A stretch of DNA of 63,033 bases, taken from an uncultured Planctomycetales bacterium (lineage in GTDB: Bacteria > Omnitrophota > Gorgyraeia > Zapsychrales > Fredricksoniimonadaceae). The stretch's first letter is position 1; every line of letters starts with the position of its first letter. Positions 8,047-16,946 of the stretch are shown here, one piece after another. The position numbers and the translations under genes were made by a program. Where the stretch lies: positions 16,734 through 79,766 of the forward strand of contig CAYTIW010000003.1 in NCBI GenBank assembly GCA_964438075.1, read 5' to 3'. Under the pieces are notes generated by a model. The model did not search any database, had not been told where the DNA came from, and worked only from the letters and a program-made list of their open reading frames with translations.

Positions 8047-9795
8047 ATGCCTATCAATGAGAGATCAAAAGGCAATATCACGCATTATATATTCCTTGCG
8101 GGCTTGAGCCTGCTGGTCCTTTTCCGTCTCCTGGTGTGGAAATTGTTCGTAAACCTGGACGTTTTTGTCAAAGAGGACTTGTCCAACCTTTTGTGTTTGG
8201 TCCCGATACTGGTTTTTGCCGGTGTGTTCTATGGCCGAAAGGCGGTGCTCGGCCTTCCGCTGCAGGAGCGTCGTACCGGACTGGAACCGGTTCTATGGGC
8301 ATTGTTAGCCGCTTGTGCCTTGTCGCTTCTCCCTTCTGTCGATCGTACGGCCACTTTACGGTATGTAATGGTGTGGTTTTCTTATGTGTTGTTCTTTTTC
8401 ATGTTGGCGGAAACGCTTGATACTGCGGCTCGTCGGAAGTGGTTCCTGGTCTTTCTCGTGGGCTTGGCGCTTCTGATCGCCGGCTGGGGCATAAGGGACT
8501 ATCTTTATTTGATAGGACGGGCACCGGATCCGTCGGATGAGGGCCTGGCTAACACCAATGACAGCCTTTATTACATTTTGACCCATAAACGCGCCTGCTC
8601 CTTCTTTGGCTGGCCTAACGTGCTGGCCGGCTTCCTGGGTTTGACCATACCTTTAGCTTTTACGGTCGCCCTGACGTGGCGTGCATGGTGGGCCAAGCTG
8701 GCGGCCGGTATCAGCGTTCTGGTCCTGGCGGTCACTCTTTTGCTGACTTTTTCCTTCCTGGGGTGGCTTAGCCTGCTGATCGGTTTCATCGTGACCATTG
8801 CCGTGCTTTCTTTAAGACGACAATATATCGGGCGCGGCGTAAAGATCGCGCTGATCTGCTTTGCGGTCCTGGCGGCGGGGCTGTTCACCTTTGTGATCCT
8901 GAAGAAGAATTTTTCAATTTCGGTTACGCCCCGGCAACAATATTTCAACCAGGCTGTGAGGGGTATCGCCAGGCATCCCGTTCTGGGTACCGGTCTGGAC
9001 ACTTTCCGTTATGCCTCGGCCAAGGAAGCGGTGGATAAGGGCGGCCTGACGGCTTTTGCCCATAATTCTTATCTGCAGTTGTGGGTCGAGGCCGGACTAC
9101 TGGGTTTCCTGGCCGGTCTTGGGCTGGCTTTTTTTATCTTGTGGAAATTCTTCCGCCTGGTGTGGTTGGGCAGCGGTAGCGCGGAAGATCGATTACGTAA
9201 CGCCGCCTTTGCCTGGGCGTTCACCTCTTTTTTGGTGGACAATATCTGGAGTTTTACTTTGATAAAACCCAATATAAGTTTATTTTTCTGGGTGGTGTTG
9301 GCCTATGCCTGTTCTTTCGACACCAGGGAAGTCCGGCGCAAGGAGGTTCCGCGTCCGCTCCGGGCGACGGCAGGATGGGCTGCAGTGGCGGCGATCATAA
9401 CGGTATTGTTCTTTACTGGCAGGGCATTGGCGGCGCAGTGGATGTGCAAGATCGCTTTTGAAGCCGAGGCCAAAGGACGCCCGCAGGAGGCCCTGGCGGC
9501 ATTCCAGCGCGCCCGTCTGATCTACCCGGAGGATGCCAGGATTGCTTTCGAGACCGGCAAGCGTTATATCCAGTCCTACCACATGTCGGGGGATTCGCGT
9601 ATGATCACCTTGGCAGAGCAGGAATTCCTGGTAGCAGTGGATAATGCGCCTACATACGGACCCAGGCTGATGATGGGCTTGATATGCCAGTCGCAAGGGC
9701 GTATGCGCGATTCGCGGGATTGGCTTTCTGAGGCCTACACTCTTTCGCCCTTTGAGACCCAGCGCGATCTCAAGGCGATCGGCATCGCGCGCTAG
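8047..9795 (+). CDS. O-antigen ligase / Wzy_C-family polytopic membrane protein with a C-terminal TPR-like domain
   Basis: The protein has many TM segments. The Wzy_C-type loop motif reads ..GTGLDTFRY...AHNSYLQLWVEAGLLGFL. The C-terminal ~130 aa are soluble and TPR-like (AEAKGRPQEALAAFQRARLIYPEDARIAFETGKRY..). Confidence 0.75.
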   Translation: MPINERSKGNITHYIFLAGLSLLVLFRLLVWKLFVNLDVFVKEDLSNLLCLVPILVFAGVFYGRKAVLGLPLQERRTGLEPVLWALLAACALSLLPSVDRTATLRYVMVWFSYVLFFFMLAETLDTAARRKWFLVFLVGLALLIAGWGIRDYLYLIGRAPDPSDEGLANTNDSLYYILTHKRACSFFGWPNVLAGFLGLTIPLAFTVALTWRAWWAKLAAGISVLVLAVTLLLTFSFLGWLSLLIGFIVTIAVLSLRRQYIGRGVKIALICFAVLAAGLFTFVILKKNFSISVTPRQQYFNQAVRGIARHPVLGTGLDTFRYASAKEAVDKGGLTAFAHNSYLQLWVEAGLLGFLAGLGLAFFILWKFFRLVWLGSGSAEDRLRNAAFAWAFTSFLVDNIWSFTLIKPNISLFFWVVLAYACSFDTREVRRKEVPRPLRATAGWAAVAAIITVLFFTGRALAAQWMCKIAFEAEAKGRPQEALAAFQRARLIYPEDARIAFETGKRYIQSYHMSGDSRMITLAEQEFLVAVDNAPTYGPRLMMGLICQSQGRMRDSRDWLSEAYTLSPFETQRDLKAIGIAR

Positions 9796-9978
9796 CCTGG
9801 ACGGATGACAATGTTCCGGGTGCGTTGTTAAGTCCGGCTGGTTTCGAGTCCGCATTGCCCCGTCTGCTGTCATACCCCCCTATATTTTAATTGAAAGCCC
9901 CCGGCCCTTTCCGCGACAAATAAGCGTATATTTCGTCGGTAGGTTGTGCCTCCGGCCAGGATCTCTTGTAATATGTTC

Positions 9979-10008
9979 TTGACATACCCATGGGGGGTAT
10001 GCCATACT
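9979..10008 (+). promoter_or_regulatory. Sigma70-type promoter of the csoR-cus operon with an embedded CsoR-type operator
   Basis: TTGACA (9979-9984), an 18-nt spacer, then CATACT (10003-10008). The spacer holds the GC-rich pseudo-palindrome ATACCC-ATGGG-GGGTAT (9984-10000). This is the TACCC..GGGTA type described for CsoR operators. Confidence 0.65.
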
Positions 10009-10031
10009 CGGGATCGAAGGAGGATAAACAT

Positions 10032-10310
10032 ATGACCAAAACCATGCATGCTGAGCAGATCGAGTATTTGAAGAAGATCGAGGGCCAGATCAGAGGCGTC
10101 CAGAAGATGATCGAGGAGGGGAGATATTGCGTGGATATCCTGACCCAGATCCACTCAATAACGGGAGCTATCCGGCGCGTGGAGACCGGGATATTCAAAA
10201 AGCACCTTGAAAACTGTGTCACCGGCGCCATACAGAGCGGGTCCAAGGTCGAAACTGAGAAGAAGATCGATGAGGTCATAGAGCTGATCGAGCGTTTCAA
10301 GAAGGGGTGA
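10032..10310 (+). CDS. csoR: CsoR/RcnR/FrmR-family metal-sensing transcriptional repressor (copper-sensing CsoR-like)
   Basis: DUF156 signature: IEYLKKIEGQIRGVQKMIEEGRYCVDILTQIHSITGAIRRV..KKHLENCV, with conserved Cys/His/Cys positions. I chose the start at ATG 10032, 9 nt after RBS GAAGGAGG. The track start at 9990 lies inside the promoter/operator. Confidence 0.85.
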   Translation: MTKTMHAEQIEYLKKIEGQIRGVQKMIEEGRYCVDILTQIHSITGAIRRVETGIFKKHLENCVTGAIQSGSKVETEKKIDEVIELIERFKKG

Positions 10311-10312
10311 TT

Positions 10313-11596
10313 ATGCGTCTGGTCCTGATATCTATTTTTATGATGGCCGTAGTGATGCTCCCTGACCTGGCGGTGACCTGGGCCAGTTCCATCCCCGAGA
10401 ACGAGCCGACGGGCATGACTTTGAATGCCATTATCGGCGAGGCTTTGCAGAAAAATCCCCGCCTGTTGGCCGCGCAGGAACGCCTCCGGGCAGCGCGGTC
10501 CCGGGTGAGCCTGACCCGTGGGCTCCCTGACCCTGAACTGGATTACGAGTACGACCGCATCACCTCTTCCGCCGCCTCCATGGGGAGCGGAAAGTCGAAA
10601 GCCATGAGATCAATCGAGATCTCCCAGGAGATCCCCTTTCCCACCAAGTTGTTCCTGAGAAAGAGGATAGCCGAAAGGGAGGCCGCAGCTCTTAACGACG
10701 AATTAGAGGAAACCCGGCGGGTTCTGGTGAAGGAAGTCAAGGTCGCTTACTATAACCTTTTTTTACAGCGTAAAAAGGCCGATCTTACCAAAGATTCTTT
10801 GATGGTCATGCGCCAGCTGACGATCGCCCTCAGCGCTGATCTCGGAGACAATAAAGCCAGCCAGCAGGATGTTCTTCGCGCCCAGGTCGAGGCTGCCCGG
10901 ATGCAAAACGACCTCCTGCTTTATGAGCAGGAAGCCAGGATATCCCTGGATCTGTTGGCTTCGCTTCTGGGCCGGGACAGCTTGGATATCGGGGATATCA
11001 CTATGACTATCTCCCAGGTGCCGGCCCCCACGGAGGAAGAGATCGTCCGCTTAAGCAAGGCAAACCGTCCGGAGTTGAGATCTTATAGCAGCCTGCTGGA
11101 GAAAGCGCGCCTGGAGCGTTCGCTCAGCCGGCAGGAACTCCTTCCGGACGTCACTCTCAAATACCGGCGCGAGGAGAAAGACGGGTCTTTTAGAAGAGGC
11201 GAGTGGGCCGGTTCCGTCGGGGTCAATGTCCCGGTGTGGTTCTGGGGCAAGCAGATGTCGGAGGTGCGCGAGGCGCGTGCCAATTTCGAGGCCGCGCAGG
11301 CGGATTACCGTGCCGAAGAGAATTCGGTGGTCTATGAGGCCAAGAGCGCGCTGGCCAGATACGATGCGGCCCGGGCTATGGCCAAGGTGTACGAAACCGG
11401 CATATTGCCCCAGGCCGCGGGCACTGTCACGGCTTCACGACGGGCCTACGAGTCGGGGACCGGCACTCTGGCTGATCTCTTGGAAGCCTTGAAGATGCAG
11501 CGGCAATTGCAGTCGGAATACGCCCAGGCCTTGGCCGAGGCGTTGACCGCGCTGGCCGATCTGGAACAGGTTGTAGGTACGGACCTGGAAAAGTGA
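10313..11596 (+). CDS. cusC: TolC-family outer-membrane efflux factor (CusC-like)
   Basis: About 428 aa with an N-terminal signal/anchor and OEP-type helical repeats (e.g. LNAIIGEALQKNPRLLAAQERLRAA ... YETGILPQA..SRRAYESGTGTLADLLEA). It is the first gene of a C-B-A efflux arrangement. The start (GTG 10307 or ATG 10313) abuts the csoR stop. Confidence 0.8.
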   Translation: MRLVLISIFMMAVVMLPDLAVTWASSIPENEPTGMTLNAIIGEALQKNPRLLAAQERLRAARSRVSLTRGLPDPELDYEYDRITSSAASMGSGKSKAMRSIEISQEIPFPTKLFLRKRIAEREAAALNDELEETRRVLVKEVKVAYYNLFLQRKKADLTKDSLMVMRQLTIALSADLGDNKASQQDVLRAQVEAARMQNDLLLYEQEARISLDLLASLLGRDSLDIGDITMTISQVPAPTEEEIVRLSKANRPELRSYSSLLEKARLERSLSRQELLPDVTLKYRREEKDGSFRRGEWAGSVGVNVPVWFWGKQMSEVREARANFEAAQADYRAEENSVVYEAKSALARYDAARAMAKVYETGILPQAAGTVTASRRAYESGTGTLADLLEALKMQRQLQSEYAQALAEALTALADLEQVVGTDLEK

Positions 11597-11613
11597 CCTT
11601 GTGAGGAGGAGTT

Positions 11614-12774
11614 ATGAGGCTGCGGATCATTCCTTTATTTTTTGTACTGTTCATTTTGCCGGTCGCGGTAGCATTCCCGACGGGATCATTGTGCGCTGAC
11701 GAGCATTCGCATCCGGCCAAAGTGAAAGATGTTTATTATTGCCCGATGCACCCGGATTACACTTCTGACAAGCCTGGTTCATGCCCGATCTGCGGCATGG
11801 ACCTGGTGAGAAAGAGAACCGAGCCTGAAGCGGAGGCACCAGCCACGGAAACGGTAATGAAGGAACGCCGGATACTCTTTTACCGCAACCCGATGGACCC
11901 GTCAGTAACATCGCCGGTCCCCATGAAAGATCCGATGGGGATGGATTATGTCCCGGTGTATGAGGAAGCCGTTTCCCAGCAGGCCGCGAGGGGAGTATCG
12001 ATCAGTGTCGAGAAGCAGCAGCTTATTGGAGTAAAGAAAGATCTGGTACGGAAGCGGCATCTGCTGGTTCCTGTCCTGATGGTCGGCAAGATCGCCTATG
12101 ATCCGGAGCTGTATTCCGCGCAGGAAGCCTATCTGCAGGCGTTAAAAGCGGCAGAGGCAGGCGGCAAGGAAGGCGTTGTAAATGAACAGTCGTCCTTTAT
12201 AACCGCTTTGGAGCGGAAATTGATCCTTTCGGGCATGTCCAAGGAGGAGATACAAGAATTAAAGGTTCGCGGGGTTCCTCAGGATGGTCTCTATCTGCCT
12301 TCTTCATCGGGGAAGGCCTGGGTCTATCTGACGGCCTACGCTAGCGATATGGGACAGGTCAGGGCCGGGCAGAAGGTCGTTATCGATTCAACCTACTATC
12401 CGGGAGAGGTTTTCAATGGAGAAGTGACCGGAGTGTCGCCGGTGCTGGACACCTCGAGCCGTTCCGCACGCGTGCGCGCTCTGGCTGATGACCCCGAGGG
12501 CAAGCTACGGCCGGAAATGTTCGTCAACGCACGGATGGATGTGGACCTGGGCGAGAAACTGTCGGTGCCGGTAAGCGCGGTCATGGATACCGGCTTGCGC
12601 AAGATAGTGCATGTCGTAAAGGGGAACCGTTTTATTCCGCGCGAGGTCGCGCTGGGGGCAAAGGCCGGGGATCATTATGAGGTTCTTGGAGGTTTGGAGG
12701 AAGGTACAGAGGTCGTTACCAGCGGGAATTTCCTGATAGACGCCGAGACCCGTATGCAAGGGGCGCGGGAATAG
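11614..12774 (+). CDS. cusB: RND efflux periplasmic adaptor (CusB-like) with an N-terminal Cys-rich heavy-metal-binding domain
   Basis: RBS GAGGAGGAG upstream. The N-terminal part reads DEHSHP...YYCPMHPDYTSDKPGSCPICGMDL. Beta-barrel/MPD-type adaptor sequence follows (GEVFNGEVTGVSPVLD..SRSARVRA..). The gene sits between the TolC-like and RND pump genes. Confidence 0.8.
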   Translation: MRLRIIPLFFVLFILPVAVAFPTGSLCADEHSHPAKVKDVYYCPMHPDYTSDKPGSCPICGMDLVRKRTEPEAEAPATETVMKERRILFYRNPMDPSVTSPVPMKDPMGMDYVPVYEEAVSQQAARGVSISVEKQQLIGVKKDLVRKRHLLVPVLMVGKIAYDPELYSAQEAYLQALKAAEAGGKEGVVNEQSSFITALERKLILSGMSKEEIQELKVRGVPQDGLYLPSSSGKAWVYLTAYASDMGQVRAGQKVVIDSTYYPGEVFNGEVTGVSPVLDTSSRSARVRALADDPEGKLRPEMFVNARMDVDLGEKLSVPVSAVMDTGLRKIVHVVKGNRFIPREVALGAKAGDHYEVLGGLEEGTEVVTSGNFLIDAETRMQGARE

Positions 12775-12802
12775 CGACTTCCCTGACCTGGCCGGAAAGG
12801 AT

Positions 12803-15800
12803 ATGCCCATGATCGAAAAGATCATAGAATTTTCCTCCCGTAACAAATATCTGGTCATCATTTTCACTCTGGTGGCCGTCGTTTTATCGTTTTACTGTAT
12901 CCGCAATATGCCGCTGGATGCCATCCCGGACCTTTCCGATACCCAGGTCATAGTATATTCCCGTTGGGACCGGTCGCCGGACATTATTGAGGACCAGGTG
13001 ACCTATCCCATTGTCACGGCGATGCTGGGCGCTCCCCGGGTCAAGGCCATACGGGGTTTCTCAGATTTTGGTTACTCTTTTGTTTACATCATATTCAAGG
13101 ACGGCACGGACATCTATTGGGCCCGCAGCCGCACGCTGGAATACCTGAGCAAGATCCAGGCAAAACTGCCGGAAGGGGTCCGCACCGAGATCGGGCCCGA
13201 CGCTACCGGGGTCGGCTGGGTCTACCAGTACGCCTTGGTCGACAGGACCGGCCAGAACGACCTGTCACAGCTGAGGTCCTTCCAGGATTGGTATCTGAGG
13301 AGCTGGCTGCAGTCGGTGCCCGGGGTCGCCGAGGTGGCTTCCGTTGGCGGATTCCAGAAACAGTATCAGGTCAACGTCAACCCCAACGCGTTATTGGCTT
13401 ACAACATCCCGCTCACCAGGGTGGTCGAGGCGGTCCGGGACGGCAACAATGAGGTCGGAGGGAGGCTGCTGGAGATCGCCGGCACGGAATTCATGGTCCG
13501 CGGCCGAGGTTATGCCAAGTCGACCGAAGACATCGGCAACATCGCCGTCGGCAGCGATGCTTCAGGACAGCCGGTACTGGTCAAGAACGTGGCCAGCGTG
13601 ACTGTGGGACCGGATATCCGGCGCGGTATCGCCGACCTGGACGGAGAAGGTGATACCGTCGGCGGGATCGTCGTCATGCGCCAGGGGGAGAACGCGCTGG
13701 ATGTGATAGAGCGGGTCAAAGATAAGCTTCGGGAGGTCAGGCCGGCGCTGCCGCCGGGAGCAGAAGTCGTAACGACCTATGACCGTTCGGATCTGATAAA
13801 ACGAGCTATCGAAACATTGAAACACCAGTTGTTCGAAGAGATGATCATCGTCAGCCTGGTGATCGTCTTTTTCCTCTGGCATTTCCCCTCTGCCAGCGTC
13901 CCTATTGTGACGATACCGATAGCGGTCCTGCTGAGCTTTATACCGTTGTTCGGGCTGAGACTTACCACCAATATAATGTCCCTGGCTGGCATCGCGATCT
14001 CCATCGGGGTCCTGGTCGACGGGGCCATAGTCGAAGTGGAGAACGCCTATAAGAAACTGCAGCTCTGGGACGCGGGCGGGCGCAAAGGCGATTACCGGGA
14101 GGTCCTTCTGCAGTCCATAAAGGAAGTTGCGCCTTCGGTGTTCTTTTCGCTCCTGGTGATCGCGGTGGCGTTCCTGCCGGTTTTTACCCTCCTCGAGCAG
14201 GAAGGGCGTTTGTTCCGCCCGCTGGCCTTCAGCAAGAATTTTGCCATGGCGATAGCCGCTTTTCTGGCCATCACTCTGGACCCCGCGGTCCGGATGCTCT
14301 TTGTGCGCATGGACCCGGTCCTTTTTCGGCCCCGCTGGCTGTCGGGGTTTGTGAACGCCGTTTCCGTCGGCAAGTATTACCCGGAAGAGGAGCATCCGGT
14401 GAGCCGGGTGCTGTTCCGCCTGTATGAGCCGGTCTGCCGCTGGGTGCTCAAGTTCCGCATACAGACCCTGGCTGCCGCGGGAGTTTTGATGTTGGCTACG
14501 GTGCCGGTCTTTTTCAGGCTCGGTTCCGAGTTCATGCCGCCATTGAATGAAGGGACCATCCTTTATATGCCCACCACCTTGCCGGGCATATCGGTGACCG
14601 AAGCGGAGAAGCTTTTAGGCACCATGGACAGGATCATCAAGAGCGTGCCGGAGGTCGACCGGGTGTTCGGGAAAGCCGGGCGGGCTGAAACATCGACGGA
14701 TCCGGCGCCTTTCTCCATGATGGAGACCACCATAGTGCTGAAGCCGGAGAGCGAGTGGCGCCGGGTGCCGCGCTGGTATTCCAGACTGCCTGATATTCTT
14801 CAGGTGCCGTTCCGTCCGTTCTGGCGCGACCGGGTGACATGGGATGATATCATTTCCGAGCTGGACCGTAAGATGCAGTTCCCGGGGGTTTCCAACGCCT
14901 GGACCATGCCGATCAAGGCGCGTATCGATATGTTGTCGACGGGTATACGGACCCCTGTCGGCATCAAGATTTACGGGGCCGACTTGGCGACCATCGAGAA
15001 GATCGGCGTCGACATGGAAAAGATAGTACGGAAGGTCCCCGGCACCCGCAGCGTTTACGCCGAGCGGGTGAGCGGTGGTTATTTCCTTGACCTGGTGATC
15101 CGGCGGGAGGCGATCGCCCGTTACGGCCTGACGGTCAAAGCCGTCGAAGAGACGATCGGGTCGGCGATTGGCGGGGAAGGGGTCACTACCACCATCGAAG
15201 GCCGGGAGCGTTACAGCGTGAACGTGCGTTATGCGCGGGATTTCCGGGATGACATCTATAAATTGCGCCGAGTCCTGGTCCCCGTCCCCTCCGGGGCTCA
15301 GGTCCCGCTGGAGGAGCTGGCGGAACTGACGCTCACCCTGGGCCCGGCCATGATCCGCGACGAGAACGGGATGCTTTCAGGATATGTTTACGTAGATATC
15401 GCCGGACGTGATATCGGGCGTTATGTGGCCGAAGCCAAGCAGGCCGTTTCGAGGGAACTCAAGGCTCCGGCTGGTTATGCCCTGGCTTGGAGCGGCCAGT
15501 ACGAGAACATGCTGCGCGTACAGCAGCGGCTCAAGGTGGTGGTGCCGATAACGCTTTTTCTCATCTTTGTCCTTTTGTACGCCAATACACGCTCGGTCGC
15601 CAAGACCGCTATCGTGATGCTGGCGGTCCCTTTCTCGCTGGTCGGGGCCGTTTGGTTGCTTTACATGCTCGGGTACAACATTTCCATTGCGGTCTGGGTG
15701 GGGATGATAGCTCTCATGGGACTTGATGCTGAGACCGGTGTTTTTATGCTGCTTTACCTGGACCTGGCCTATGAAGAGGCCCGCCGGCGCGGGGCAATGA

Positions 15801-16051
15801 AGGACGAGCGCGACCTGGAAGAGGCCATCGTGCACGGCGCGGTCAAGCGTATCCGTCCGAAATTGATGACCGTCAGCGCGATGTTCATGGGGCTCATACC
15901 CATCATGTGGTCGATGGGCGCCGGGGCGGACGTTATGAAGCGTATCGCCGCCCCCATGATAGGCGGAGTATTCTCCAGTTTTATCCTTGAATTGCTGGTG
16001 TATCCGGTGGTCTATTTCCTCTGGAAACGCCGCTCAGGGTTAGCCCGATAA
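12803..16051 (+). CDS. cusA: Heavy-metal (Cu/Ag-type) RND efflux pump, CusA/CzcA family
   Basis: 1082 aa with 12-TM RND topology. It carries a CusA-like segment, EFMPPLNEGTILYMPTTLPGIS, and the conserved TM4 region (LAGIAISIGVLVDGAIVEVEN). Confidence 0.9.
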   Translation: MPMIEKIIEFSSRNKYLVIIFTLVAVVLSFYCIRNMPLDAIPDLSDTQVIVYSRWDRSPDIIEDQVTYPIVTAMLGAPRVKAIRGFSDFGYSFVYIIFKDGTDIYWARSRTLEYLSKIQAKLPEGVRTEIGPDATGVGWVYQYALVDRTGQNDLSQLRSFQDWYLRSWLQSVPGVAEVASVGGFQKQYQVNVNPNALLAYNIPLTRVVEAVRDGNNEVGGRLLEIAGTEFMVRGRGYAKSTEDIGNIAVGSDASGQPVLVKNVASVTVGPDIRRGIADLDGEGDTVGGIVVMRQGENALDVIERVKDKLREVRPALPPGAEVVTTYDRSDLIKRAIETLKHQLFEEMIIVSLVIVFFLWHFPSASVPIVTIPIAVLLSFIPLFGLRLTTNIMSLAGIAISIGVLVDGAIVEVENAYKKLQLWDAGGRKGDYREVLLQSIKEVAPSVFFSLLVIAVAFLPVFTLLEQEGRLFRPLAFSKNFAMAIAAFLAITLDPAVRMLFVRMDPVLFRPRWLSGFVNAVSVGKYYPEEEHPVSRVLFRLYEPVCRWVLKFRIQTLAAAGVLMLATVPVFFRLGSEFMPPLNEGTILYMPTTLPGISVTEAEKLLGTMDRIIKSVPEVDRVFGKAGRAETSTDPAPFSMMETTIVLKPESEWRRVPRWYSRLPDILQVPFRPFWRDRVTWDDIISELDRKMQFPGVSNAWTMPIKARIDMLSTGIRTPVGIKIYGADLATIEKIGVDMEKIVRKVPGTRSVYAERVSGGYFLDLVIRREAIARYGLTVKAVEETIGSAIGGEGVTTTIEGRERYSVNVRYARDFRDDIYKLRRVLVPVPSGAQVPLEELAELTLTLGPAMIRDENGMLSGYVYVDIAGRDIGRYVAEAKQAVSRELKAPAGYALAWSGQYENMLRVQQRLKVVVPITLFLIFVLLYANTRSVAKTAIVMLAVPFSLVGAVWLLYMLGYNISIAVWVGMIALMGLDAETGVFMLLYLDLAYEEARRRGAMKDERDLEEAIVHGAVKRIRPKLMTVSAMFMGLIPIMWSMGAGADVMKRIAAPMIGGVFSSFILELLVYPVVYFLWKRRSGLAR

Positions 16052-16128
16052 CTGAGGTGAAATTTTTCATCGACAAATCCGACTAAGTTAAAAAGCGATT
16101 AAGGAGATAAATAAAGAAAGGGAAGGTT

Positions 16129-16437
16129 ATGAATAAGAAATCGATGATGTGTTCGGTAATAATGCTATCTTTTTTGACGGTCACCTGTGGTGTGTCCCTG
16201 GCGCAGCAGCAGGGTGAACCTGAAGCGGTTGCTGCTCCTATGGTCAAGGCGGTTAACGTAGGCAACAAGATCTGCCCGGTCATGGACACGCCCATAGACG
16301 AACAGAGCAAGGTGACCTACGAATACCAAGGTAAAATATATAATTTCTGCTGCCCTGGCTGCCTAGCATCTTTCAAGGCCGATCCGCAGAAATATATCGC
16401 CAAGGTCGAAGCAGAACTCGCTGCCCAGCAGCGTTAG
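16129..16437 (+). CDS. Secreted YHS-domain metal-binding protein
   Basis: Signal peptide, then KICPVMDTPIDEQSKVTYEYQGKIYNFCCPGCLASFKADPQKY (YHS/TRASH-type Cys pattern). It is the last gene of the cus operon. Confidence 0.75.
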   Translation: MNKKSMMCSVIMLSFLTVTCGVSLAQQQGEPEAVAAPMVKAVNVGNKICPVMDTPIDEQSKVTYEYQGKIYNFCCPGCLASFKADPQKYIAKVEAELAAQQR

Positions 16438-16523
16438 GTCGATAGCGCTTTAACATGAGCACCGGGCATAACAAGCTTTGTTATACGCCGGTGTATAGTC
16501 TCCCGTATAGGTTGTGTCCATAG

Positions 16524-16582
16524 GAACCAGCTCTCTCCGTTCGTTAGCAGGAATATTTGAATGGGGAAGCTGGTTCTTTTTT
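16524..16582 (+). terminator. Long-loop hairpin plus T-tract, the probable terminator of the cus operon
   Basis: GAACCAGCT (16524-16532) pairs with AGCTGGTTC (16568-16576), followed by T6 (16577-16582). The loop is large (35 nt), so confidence is moderate. Confidence 0.55.
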
Positions 16583-16946
16583 ATTTTCCGAAGGAAAACT
16601 ATGGCCCTAAGGCTATAGCTGGATCAGCTTTGAGTCCTGCCGGGCGAGAACTGTCGCAGTTTCAATTTAAATAATGCTACGGCCGTGAGGCCTTGGATAT
16701 TTACTAAATGGGCCTGTGATGGGTAAAGCATTTGCACCTCCAGGCATCAGTTTTTTGAGAAAGAACGGGCATTTTGCGCCGTTGAATATATATTGTTTTT
16801 AAAGTGGTAATTTCTCAGCTAAAGTGATAAAAAAGAAGTGCACGAGAAAGTAGCATTTATTTCAAATTTTCTATATAGTATAGATCGTTCCCTGAGCTGG
16901 GACCGAGGTTGATCCTTTATTGTGCGCGCATTCGGAGTAAGCGGAA

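Noticed and set aside
9840-9851. GGTTTCGAGTCC, resembling a tRNA T-arm/T-loop (possible tRNA or att-site remnant)
   Set aside because: The flanking bases do not form a T-stem, acceptor stem or anticodon arm. The loop would be 8 nt. No integrase or direct repeat is nearby.
9990-10031. N-terminal extension of the csoR ORF, plus similar extensions of the pilin ORF (46533-46565), pilM (47034-47069), proA (55372-55416), rplU (52916-52927) and obg (53291-53320)
   Set aside because: In each case a downstream start has a good RBS and reproduces the conserved family N-terminus. The upstream extension overlaps a promoter, operator, terminator or the preceding gene.
13562-14395. 277-aa minus-strand ORF inside cusA
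   Set aside because: It is antisense to a 1082-aa RND pump gene with conserved motifs and has low-complexity Arg/His/Asp-rich translation.
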